DNA from: an uncultured Candidatus Saccharibacteria bacterium
GTDB lineage: Bacteria > Patescibacteriota > Minisyncoccia > Phycocordibacterales > UBA2100
Length of the DNA stretch: 64,000 bases
Reading direction: 5' to 3'
NCBI GenBank assembly: GCA_964434285.1
Contig: CAYSUJ010000002.1
Location: 57,913-121,912 of the forward strand
A model generated the notes under the pieces. That model saw only the letters and a list, made by a program, of their open reading frames with translations, was not told where the DNA came from and searched no databases. The first letter of the stretch is position 1; each line of letters opens with the position of its first letter. Below are positions 56,786 to 64,000 of the stretch, piece after piece. Position numbers and translations under genes: made by a program.

Positions 56786-58450
56786 TTATACTTGTAAAAT
56801 CTTTTGATCCCACTTATTTTTCTTTATAAAAGAAATGGTGCGATAGGTTTCGGAATCTTGAAATCTATTCGGCTTCCACTCCTGCAACTTCTGACGTATC
56901 ACGACATCGTCAGAAGTCTTCTCGTCCTCAATAATTTTGCAAACTGTCGCCAACAATTCAATTGAATGACTATCAGACGAGAAATAGTGAGGCATCATTT
57001 TGTCTAAGTAGTCTGTCATTTGCTGTTTAAGCGTATCTTCTACCTGATTTAAGATATAGCTACCGCTTACTCCTAAAGCAAGCACTTCCATACCCTTAAC
57101 ACCTTTTCTCATAAAAAACTGCTTCCGAGAAGATAGTCCATCTTCAACGGCACGCTTAATTTCTGAGCTGTAAGGTCCAAACGATTGCTGTGTAAAAGAA
57201 ACACCTAAAGGGGTTTTGAAAACTGTCTGTGCGATGTATAAAACTTTGGCAACAACCATCTCTCCTCTCTGAAAACGCCTAACTATAAGTGAAATTGCTT
57301 GCTGTACAGGAGAAACTACCGTACTAGCAGTTTGAACAGGTGCATTTTGTAATCTTTGCAACATTGAGAATAAAAATCTGTTTTTCACCTCAAGAGCATT
57401 CGTTTCAACCCTCTCTATAATGTTTTTAAGCTCAATAATATATTGGATTTTCTTAACAATTCTTTTTTGAGTCAGCAGATCAGGCAAGAGGATTTTTTCT
57501 TTCAAGAAAATATCCTCTTTGAATCTCTTTCTGTTTGTTGCTCCTTGACTAGCTATCTGAAATAGCTTCACAAAAGCAGGTGTACTTAGTATTTCATTTA
57601 AGAAAAGAGGGTCGATTGATTTTTCTTGTATGTTATAGGATAGAAAATCTGCGGTCGTTATAGCTCCCTCACAATCCTGCGGAATGATACCAAAAGCACC
57701 GTTTCGTGCATCGATTTTTGAAATAACGAATTGACCCGCTTTAACTACATATTGTTTCTTTGTACCAATATCAGAACCGAGAACTTTGTCTCTTAATTGA
57801 ACACCATTTGAATACATTCTGATTGTTATTCTTTTGTACAAAGTGTCATCAGCAACCTGATGTGTCTGATTATTTCGTATTAACAGATCGGAAATAGTAA
57901 ACTCTTTTAACTCATAGCGTGCTAAATCTCCAACAACCATACGACGCAATCCCGCAATATCTTGCGAGGCATTTTCTGACACTGAAAGTAATCTGTTTGT
58001 AACGTCCTGAACTTTTTCTCCTTGTGATGCAATTAAATCTTGCTTATCAATAGGTAGGAAAGGTATCTCAAAGTTTCCAAAATCTCCCTTGTTTATAGAC
58101 TTTTTAGCTGCTCCCTTTGCAAGATTCGCAACAATATCCTTTGAAAGTGCAGTAAGAAGAGCGTAATAAAACTTGAGATTTATTTTATCAGTATATTCTT
58201 TTTGTGGAGTGAGAATAAAACAGAGATCGCTAGCGATAAACTTACCTTCGACAAAGTGAACTCTACCTAACGACCCACTGGCTGCTACGGCAATTACCAA
58301 AGCGGTACAGTCGTGAGAGTAGCTATTGTGATTTTTCCATTCTTTGGAGGCAGTAATAAAAGTAAACTCACCAGACTTGTTTTTGGTGCTTTGTAATGTG
58401 CCTTTCTCAATAACGAAAAGCTCTTTAATTTTCTTGGTTTCAATCTTCAT
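56786..58450 (-). CDS. hsdS: Type I restriction enzyme S subunit (HsdS) with an extra ~210-aa C-terminal domain
   Basis: Two target-recognition-domain halves with conserved helical spacers (FEIPFLPIDKQDLIASQGEKVQDV and ILLPDLLTQKRIVKKIQYIIELKNI), followed by about 210 additional residues. Typical HsdS is about 400-450 aa; this one is 554 aa. Confidence 0.7.
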   Translation of the reverse strand: MKIETKKIKELFVIEKGTLQSTKNKSGEFTFITASKEWKNHNSYSHDCTALVIAVAASGSLGRVHFVEGKFIASDLCFILTPQKEYTDKINLKFYYALLTALSKDIVANLAKGAAKKSINKGDFGNFEIPFLPIDKQDLIASQGEKVQDVTNRLLSVSENASQDIAGLRRMVVGDLARYELKEFTISDLLIRNNQTHQVADDTLYKRITIRMYSNGVQLRDKVLGSDIGTKKQYVVKAGQFVISKIDARNGAFGIIPQDCEGAITTADFLSYNIQEKSIDPLFLNEILSTPAFVKLFQIASQGATNRKRFKEDIFLKEKILLPDLLTQKRIVKKIQYIIELKNIIERVETNALEVKNRFLFSMLQRLQNAPVQTASTVVSPVQQAISLIVRRFQRGEMVVAKVLYIAQTVFKTPLGVSFTQQSFGPYSSEIKRAVEDGLSSRKQFFMRKGVKGMEVLALGVSGSYILNQVEDTLKQQMTDYLDKMMPHYFSSDSHSIELLATVCKIIEDEKTSDDVVIRQKLQEWKPNRFQDSETYRTISFIKKNKWDQKILQV

Positions 58451-59897
58451 ATAAAATCTTTTCCAAATCAGCAGATATTTTTTCTGCGTCTTTTAAGGAA
58501 GTTTTGATTGAGTGCAACAACTCCTTTTCTGTTTTATCAGCGTCTTCGTTAGCAATAGAGTTTGTATTCTTGACCGAAAGAGAGTATCCATTTTCTTTAA
58601 TGGCTTCTATCGGAACAACCCAACTATGGTCAGATTTTGCACGCTTTTTCCATAGCGTAAAAATATCTTTCAAATCTTCCTCCTGAATTGGCTGAGTTCT
58701 TGTGAAGTTGCCTTTGAGTTCACCGAACCACACTTCTTTTGTCGATCCTGTCTTCTCAAAAAAGATTAAGCTAGTCTTCACTGTTGCACCCATTTGAGCA
58801 AAAGCACCTTGTGGAAGTTGAATAACTGAATGAACATTAAACTTTTCCAAAAGTTCTTGGCGTATGCGAGCCATTACTCCACCACCGAACAACACATTAC
58901 CCTCAGGCAAAATAACACCGCAACGACCGCCATTTTTTAGTCGCTTCATAATGTATTGGAGTGCTAATGCCTCAGTCGCTCCAACAGCTATTGGGTAGTT
59001 ACTCTGAACGGCTTTGGTTTCTTCTGCTCCAAAAGGAGGGTTGGTTAAAATAACGTCCATTTTTGCACTCTCAGAAATGTTGTGTACATCTTCTGAGAAA
59101 GTATTTACACGGGTTAAATTAGGAACAAGAATATGGTGCAAAATGAGGTTCATTGTTCCAATTAAGTAAGGTAAGGGCTTCTTTTCTTGTCCGTAAAAAG
59201 TTTTAGTTTGCAAAGTTTTCCAAGTGCGAATATCTTTTGATGAGTTTTCGTATAGATAATCAAAGCTTTCAACAAGAAAACCACCCGATCCTACGAATGG
59301 GTCGAAAATGGTGTCGCCGATTTTTGGATCGACCATTTTTATCATCAACTTAATAATCGGGCGAGGAGTATAGAACTCTCCTGACCAACCACCCTCGCTT
59401 CCCATAGCTTGCAAGATTTCCTCGTATACCTGAGAAAGCAGGTGAGTATCTTGGAAATGATGCTTTTCAATTTGATCGAGAATCTCTACTACTTCAAGCA
59501 GGGTATACGGCGAATACACTTTGTTGTGAAGCTCACGAAATATCTCTCCGATTTTATCTTTTTCTCGTGTCCCTTTAAGTGATTTAAGATATGGAAAAAG
59601 TTTCTTATTTACAAAATGAATCAACTCTTCTTTGTCTTTCCAATCTTTTTTAGCCCAAGCTGACCATCGGTACTCACTATCGATAACAGGTTTATATTTC
59701 TTACCCTCTGCTTCATCAAGGTCTTTAAGTTGATCCTCAACACCTTCAAAGATTCTTAGGAAAAGAAGCCAAGAAAACTGCTCGATATAATCTTTTGCAC
59801 CTACACCATCATCACGACGCAAAATATCGCAGACCTTTTTGATGTCCGCTTTCGTAAGTCCTGTCTTTGTTGGTTTTTGTTTACGTTTCTTGGTCAT
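58440..59897 (-). CDS. hsdM: Type I restriction-modification N6-adenine DNA methyltransferase (HsdM)
   Basis: HsdM N-terminal domain, SAM-binding DPFVGSGGFL, catalytic LTNPPFG. 485 aa. Overlaps hsdS by 11 nt. Confidence 0.9.
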   Translation of the reverse strand: MTKKRKQKPTKTGLTKADIKKVCDILRRDDGVGAKDYIEQFSWLLFLRIFEGVEDQLKDLDEAEGKKYKPVIDSEYRWSAWAKKDWKDKEELIHFVNKKLFPYLKSLKGTREKDKIGEIFRELHNKVYSPYTLLEVVEILDQIEKHHFQDTHLLSQVYEEILQAMGSEGGWSGEFYTPRPIIKLMIKMVDPKIGDTIFDPFVGSGGFLVESFDYLYENSSKDIRTWKTLQTKTFYGQEKKPLPYLIGTMNLILHHILVPNLTRVNTFSEDVHNISESAKMDVILTNPPFGAEETKAVQSNYPIAVGATEALALQYIMKRLKNGGRCGVILPEGNVLFGGGVMARIRQELLEKFNVHSVIQLPQGAFAQMGATVKTSLIFFEKTGSTKEVWFGELKGNFTRTQPIQEEDLKDIFTLWKKRAKSDHSWVVPIEAIKENGYSLSVKNTNSIANEDADKTEKELLHSIKTSLKDAEKISADLEKILYED

Positions 59898-60100
59898 TGG
59901 TTTTTCTTTGAAAGTTTCTTTGATTTCGACTCGACATTTGTATTATCGGCAAGAAACTTTTTGAGATCGCTTTCGCTGATCCTCCAATAACCGATTTTGG
60001 TAGCTCGCAGTTTACCAGAGTGAATATAGCGAAAGACAGAACGATCGCTGACTCTCAGAATACCTGCAACTTCTTTCAAGCTGTGTAGCTTTTCGGTCAT
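59894..60100 (-). CDS. excisionase/AlpA/MerR-like helix-turn-helix protein (possible Xis or R-M controller)
   Basis: HTH LKEVAGILRVSDRSVFRYIHSGKLRATKIGYWRISESDL. Its stop overlaps the hsdM start (ATGA). ORF track is 59894..60217; MTEKLHS (60100) is the likelier start. Confidence 0.5.
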   Translation of the reverse strand: MTEKLHSLKEVAGILRVSDRSVFRYIHSGKLRATKIGYWRISESDLKKFLADNTNVESKSKKLSKKNQ

Positions 60101-60390
60101 ATAATTGGTATTTACATCATACCTCGGATCGTGTACTTGTGTCAAAATGTGGCAAGGTGATATTTGTGTAAAAGTATTCACGTTTTTGAATGTAATGTAA
60201 TTAGGATTATGTAACATTGACGCTATTTTTTCGGCTCATTTTTCATATCCAAAAAGATCGTTTTGCCGTTCTCATCGATTCTAATTTTTCCTTCTGCAAG
60301 TAGTCGCCTATGAATCCCTCGAAGCACCTCTCCGAGTTCAGAGATGCTCTTTATTTCCGCATCAGTAAAAATGTGTTTCTTCTTTTTCAT

Positions 60391-61323
60391 TTAAGCTACG
60401 TTCATTCCCTCAAAACACTCTGCGACTTTGATTGCTTTCTCTCCAATATCGACCTCGTCATCGTATACAATCAGCATTTCAAGATTCTTGTGCCGACTGA
60501 ACTTCCGTACGTCTCGAACATCAAAGCGTTTTAAGAGTGTAGTAATGAAATAGTGGCGAAAACCGTGCACAGTCTTGTCGATTCCTAGCTCCTCAAACAA
60601 CTCTTTCATCTCTCGCTTGATTGTCATTGTCGTTATCCTCTCGCTCTTACGATTTCCCAGTCCTTTGAATACTGCACCTGACGATACTTTATTTATCTTG
60701 AGATGAGATCGGAGGGCTTTTACTGTTTCTGGTAGTAGGTATATGGATTCCTTGTCATCTCGTCCTTTCCCTTGAACGGAAGCTTTCTTATTCACAAGCG
60801 ACAAATCATCAATATCAAGGCGAATAATCTCTATCTGTCGCAGTCCTTGAAACGCTAGAAGACAAAAAAGTGCTTTGAGTCTGGCGTATTTTGCTGTCGA
60901 GGGTAGATTATGCACTTTCGCTACCAACGTCTCTATTTCTGCTTGATTTAAGCCCTCTAACTTGTGTCTATTGCTTTGATTAAAAGCTTTGATGTTTTGG
61001 GTAATATCTGTCGGGATCAGTCCTCTGCGATTCAACTCCTTGAGAAAAATGCGAGCCGTAGCGAGATATTTATTCTTCGTCGCTACGGCAAAGTCTGATC
61101 GTTCTCCAAGATGTCGTTTGAACTCTAGGAACGTGTTGTGATTGAAAGCGGTATTTTGTACGAACGTGAGAAAAAGTCCTATTCTGCTTTTATATTCCTG
61201 TCTTGTGCTCAGGTTCACGTCGAGTAGGTCGAATATCTGCTTTGCCTTTTCCTCAAATCCCTCAGTTGCGAAGACCGATTGATTTTGCGGTAGCAGATTA
61301 TTTGTCATAGCAGATATGCTCAA
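60391..61323 (-). CDS. tyrosine recombinase / phage-type integrase
   Basis: N-terminal SAM-like core-binding domain. The C-terminal catalytic region has HGFRHYFITTL and a tyrosine in NLEMLIVYDDE. 310 aa. Confidence 0.8.
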   Translation of the reverse strand: MSISAMTNNLLPQNQSVFATEGFEEKAKQIFDLLDVNLSTRQEYKSRIGLFLTFVQNTAFNHNTFLEFKRHLGERSDFAVATKNKYLATARIFLKELNRRGLIPTDITQNIKAFNQSNRHKLEGLNQAEIETLVAKVHNLPSTAKYARLKALFCLLAFQGLRQIEIIRLDIDDLSLVNKKASVQGKGRDDKESIYLLPETVKALRSHLKINKVSSGAVFKGLGNRKSERITTMTIKREMKELFEELGIDKTVHGFRHYFITTLLKRFDVRDVRKFSRHKNLEMLIVYDDEVDIGEKAIKVAECFEGMNVA

Positions 61324-61696
61324 CAGCTAGACCTCTTTGAATGAATGACGGCTCTAGCATTTCGTGTCGATGACACTTTTTATAATCTCCCTCCGAGCAC
61401 ATCACACACATTCTTTCTCCTCCATTATTCTCTGCAATAACACAGATTTCATCTATCGTGTCCTCGTAATCTACATTCTCTCCTTTACCGCCCAAGTTAT
61501 TACCTCTCCACCGATACTCGATTCCTGCTTCTGCCATAGACTCTCGCAGGGCTTTCTCGTTGTACTGAGGTTGAAACCGTGAGCGTGGGATCGAACGAAT
61601 GTCGATTAAAACCTTTATATTGTTGTCTTTGAGTTTTTGTAAAAACTCAGTGATTGGCTTGGTGCTGTGTCCAATCGTGAATATGGTTGCTTTCAT
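61298..61696 (-). CDS. DUF488-family protein
   Basis: IFTIGHS...VLIDIRSIPRSRFQPQYN...AGIEY...LGG matches the DUF488 pattern from memory. 132 aa. Confidence 0.5.
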   Translation of the reverse strand: MKATIFTIGHSTKPITEFLQKLKDNNIKVLIDIRSIPRSRFQPQYNEKALRESMAEAGIEYRWRGNNLGGKGENVDYEDTIDEICVIAENNGGERMCVMCSEGDYKKCHRHEMLEPSFIQRGLAVEHICYDK

Positions 61697-61702
61697 ATTT
61701 TT

Positions 61703-62239
61703 TTATTTTGATTGATAAACGACCTCACCATCAAAGGTGATTTTCTCTGGTTTCCAACTAGCGATGTTTCGATGATCGCCACCTGTATAAATCATCACAG
61801 CTTCCCAGTTAGATCGGAGGGTTGCACCGTAGCTGTTCTGACTATCGACGCACGACGAGACTTTGTATTTATTCTCTCCGAGGTTGGTTGCAGTTCCTCT
61901 ACAAAAGTCTGCTGTCGAGGGAGATTTGAGCAATCGTGTGATATACGGCTCTGCGTATGCGATTGCTGACTGTTGGTAGTCGTACGCTGTCGGTTGCTCT
62001 GGTTGAGAACGGACAGTCGAACTTCCGCCTATGCTAGAAATAATAATGCTAGAAAAAACACCGACGACCATAATAACTGCGAGGAGTTTTACAATCGGCG
62101 ATGTGGGCTGTGGCAACTTACTTCCACAATGCGAACACTTCTTTGCCTGTGGGGATACTTCCGCAAGGCATTGAGGACACTTCTTCGTTGGGTTTTTGTC
62201 CATAAAAAATAAGCTAGCTAATAATTGGCTAGCTGACAT
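61703..62239 (-). CDS. membrane protein with N-terminal zinc-ribbon (CPQC...CSHC), one TM and an extracytoplasmic domain
   Basis: Cys pairs spaced 11 aa apart, then the hydrophobic segment LLAVIMVVGVFSSIIISSIG. 178 aa. Confidence 0.35.
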   Translation of the reverse strand: MSASQLLASLFFMDKNPTKKCPQCLAEVSPQAKKCSHCGSKLPQPTSPIVKLLAVIMVVGVFSSIIISSIGGSSTVRSQPEQPTAYDYQQSAIAYAEPYITRLLKSPSTADFCRGTATNLGENKYKVSSCVDSQNSYGATLRSNWEAVMIYTGGDHRNIASWKPEKITFDGEVVYQSK

Positions 62240-62472
62240 TTAGCTCGGATAGACTCTGAACCACACGCCAGCTAGGTCTTGCGACCCCATAGACCTTTCG
62301 ATCTATGACCCAACGAAGAGCCACTGAACGTGTGGTTCAGAATCTTCGTTGGGGTTTCGCTCCATATTTACCAACAAAAGTCAGTAAACTTAGGAGCATT
62401 TTTTATTCAGTTGTATATATATTTTAGCAAAAATACACCTTAAAGCAAAGGTTTTTAAGCGTCTGTGGAAAA

Positions 62473-62802
62473 TTATTTACTCTCAATCATTCCCTTAAAA
62501 CGTCTGCTTTTATATTCAAGCTTCAAGCACGAGCGACAACCGAGAACGTTTTGCAAAGGGTGCTTCAATAGAATACCTGATCGTCTTTTACAGCGTGGAC
62601 ACATAAACCAAAATCTTAAACCGTCGTTACCAGTCTTTGAGGTAGTGATGAGTACATTCTCATTGAGCATTTCAAACTGAACACGCAGGATCGTCTCTTT
62701 GAGTTTTGTTTTGTAATCACGTAAAAGATCGGAGACCGCCACTTTCTGACAGTCTTCTACTAAAAAAGTATTTCCTAAATTATTGACGTTCATTGATTTC
62801 AT
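62473..62802 (-). CDS. small Cys4 zinc-finger protein (CPRC...CRSC), hypothetical
   Basis: 109 aa. Overlaps the upstream gene by 23 nt. Confidence 0.3.
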   Translation of the reverse strand: MKSMNVNNLGNTFLVEDCQKVAVSDLLRDYKTKLKETILRVQFEMLNENVLITTSKTGNDGLRFWFMCPRCKRRSGILLKHPLQNVLGCRSCLKLEYKSRRFKGMIESK

Positions 62803-63385
62803 CTTGTTTATCGTAGTTATTTATCTGCTGATTCTGAGCGAAGAACGCTGTTTTGGCACTTACATTGAACGGCAAAGTGGGTGCTTTAATCTGTCTCAAT
62901 GTCATTATCGAGTTATTGTGCTGTCTATGTGCTCGGTCTAGCTCTTTGCCAATAAAGTTGTAAAAATCAGTCTTCTCTCTATCGGCTACGGTTTCTCTCA
63001 AAATATAGCCATTCAATAGCTTGGAATAGTGAATTATTCTTACGTGAGAACTGGCTATGGATTCTGCCAATGTTTTTTCAATCGTTGTTTTGCAATCATA
63101 CTCACGCTCAGTTTCTCTGATCGTATTTATTAAAAATGGGCGGTATTCCTCAATAACAGAGTCCGCTATTGGGAGGTGGGTATCAATACCAAGTGCCATA
63201 GCAACCTTTTGGTAATCCTCATAAAGCTTTGGCGTGAGCTCTTTTCCTTTGTTTTTATCCATTCCACTCGCAAAATCCTCAATTAGTCTGTCAGGGCTAT
63301 AAAGACCGCCTCTTACGGTCATATATTTCTTTACTCGTTCTCTGCTTCCTTTTGTATTGATTTGTAGCTTGTTTTCCTTAGACAT
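62780..63385 (-). CDS. hypothetical protein (201 aa), first gene of the minus-strand island operon
   Basis: Low-GC coding region with no recognised motif. Confidence 0.3.
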   Translation of the reverse strand: MSKENKLQINTKGSRERVKKYMTVRGGLYSPDRLIEDFASGMDKNKGKELTPKLYEDYQKVAMALGIDTHLPIADSVIEEYRPFLINTIRETEREYDCKTTIEKTLAESIASSHVRIIHYSKLLNGYILRETVADREKTDFYNFIGKELDRAHRQHNNSIMTLRQIKAPTLPFNVSAKTAFFAQNQQINNYDKQDEINERQ

Positions 63386-63502
63386 ACTAAAATAGGATTA
63401 TCTAGTGAGTGATGTCGACACTCTCCTGAGATAGTAAAGGTATATAAAAATAATTAGATGGCACTACCCAATAGGTTCTAATGTCATCTACTACTCTCCG
63501 CC

Positions 63503-63925
63503 GTGAAAAAGATAATGGTTTTTGGGACGTTCGACATGATCCATAAGGGTCATGAGGATCTGTTTCGGCAGGCGCGCTCACTGGCCGCTGAGCCGTATTT
63601 GATTGTGTCGGTTGCGCGGGATTCGGCGGCGAAGCGGCACCGGGGGTTTCTGCCACAGAATAATGAAGAGGTGCGGCGAGCGCAGCTCGCCGCACATGAG
63701 TCAATTGATGAGGCGGTGCTTGGTGATGAAGAAGGGTATGTTGCGCATATTACGCAAGTGAATCCGGACATTATTGCGCTCGGATATGACCAGACGGGTG
63801 AGTATGTAGACCATCTGGAGGAAGTGCTTGTGCGAGCAGGGCTCACTCCGCAGATCGTACGTCTGGAGGCATTCAAGCCAGGCACCTACAAGACATCGAA
63901 AATTATTAAGGACCGTCCTTTATAA
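63503..63925 (+). CDS. cytidylyltransferase-like nucleotidyltransferase (HxGH family; FAD synthetase/TagD-like)
   Basis: [17 protein letters not shown] carries the (T/H)xGH nucleotidyltransferase signature. GC content returns to core-like values here. Confidence 0.6.
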   Translation: MKKIMVFGTFDMIHKGHEDLFRQARSLAAEPYLIVSVARDSAAKRHRGFLPQNNEEVRRAQLAAHESIDEAVLGDEEGYVAHITQVNPDIIALGYDQTGEYVDHLEEVLVRAGLTPQIVRLEAFKPGTYKTSKIIKDRPL

Positions 63926-64000
63926 ATGAGCGGCATACGGAATACTGCATACGGTATACTCCCTCCATGAGATATTTAGGCATTGATTACGGTGCGAAGC

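Larger units (their letters stand above)
48258..63490. mobile_element. low-GC genomic island (~15 kb) integrated at the 3' end of tRNA-Ser, carrying Type I R-M and candidate nuclease/defence cargo
   Basis: The serine recombinase overlaps the tRNA 3' end. All 17 genes are minus-strand and tightly packed. GC drops sharply relative to flanks, and core-like GC resumes near 63.49 kb. A second (tyrosine) integrase with Xis lies inside. Confidence 0.6.

Noticed and set aside
48185-63490. Search for a long direct repeat of the tRNA-Ser 3' end at the far island boundary (attR)
   Set aside because: None found by eye near 63.4-63.5 kb. This is expected for a serine-recombinase-mediated insertion, which needs only a dinucleotide crossover, so the absence does not contradict the island call.

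Overview
The window reads as a chromosomal stretch from a compact, tightly packed bacterial genome. The core DNA is fairly GC-rich, and three lower-GC accessory segments interrupt it. A replication origin is at 25.9-27.8 kb: rpmH-rnpA-yidC-jag on the minus strand, dnaA-dnaN on the plus strand, with DnaA-box-like 9-mers and an AT-rich unwinding stretch.

Housekeeping genes I recognise include pcrA/uvrD, rsmA, PBP1A, ruvC-yebC-ruvB, ruvA, pilB/gspE, tsaE, polA, a Mur ligase, rpsT, a SpoU-type methyltransferase and three tRNAs (Lys-TTT, Arg-GCG, Ser-TGA).

The three accessory regions are:
- **1 to ~7.0 kb:** the right end of an integrated element. It carries a C5-cytosine methyltransferase with a convergent putative restriction endonuclease and two paralogous winged-helix proteins, and its large serine recombinase sits right next to a truncated 3' fragment of comM, so the element appears to have inserted into comM.
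- **12.1 to 24.3 kb:** a 12-gene, single-strand type IV secretion/conjugation-like locus. It contains a VirB6/TrbL-like polytopic membrane protein and a VirB4 ATPase whose N-terminal domain seems to sit in a separate upstream ORF, the two separated by a spacer holding an 18-bp perfect inverted repeat. A VirB2-like two-helix protein is also present.
- **48.3 to 63.5 kb:** a roughly 15-kb low-GC island whose large serine recombinase gene overlaps the 3' end of tRNA-Ser. Every gene is on the minus strand. It carries a complete Type I R-M system (HsdR/S/M), a tyrosine integrase with an excisionase-like HTH protein, a DUF488 protein, a decayed resolvase fragment and several small unknowns. Its most interesting cargo is a tightly coupled, uncharacterised gene pair: a protein with an Mrr-type PD-(D/E)xK nuclease C-terminus, and a fusion of a Cas4/RecB-like Fe-S nuclease to a DnaQ-like exonuclease. 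HsdS additionally carries an unusual ~200-aa C-terminal extension.

Other oddities:
- A 500-bp non-coding gap between ruvB and pilB contains a near-consensus promoter, long-range helices and a very strong bidirectional terminator, and could encode a structured RNA.
- A decayed element lies next to tRNA-Arg.

Everything here comes from reading motifs by eye. No database search was run, and family names rest on remembered motifs.
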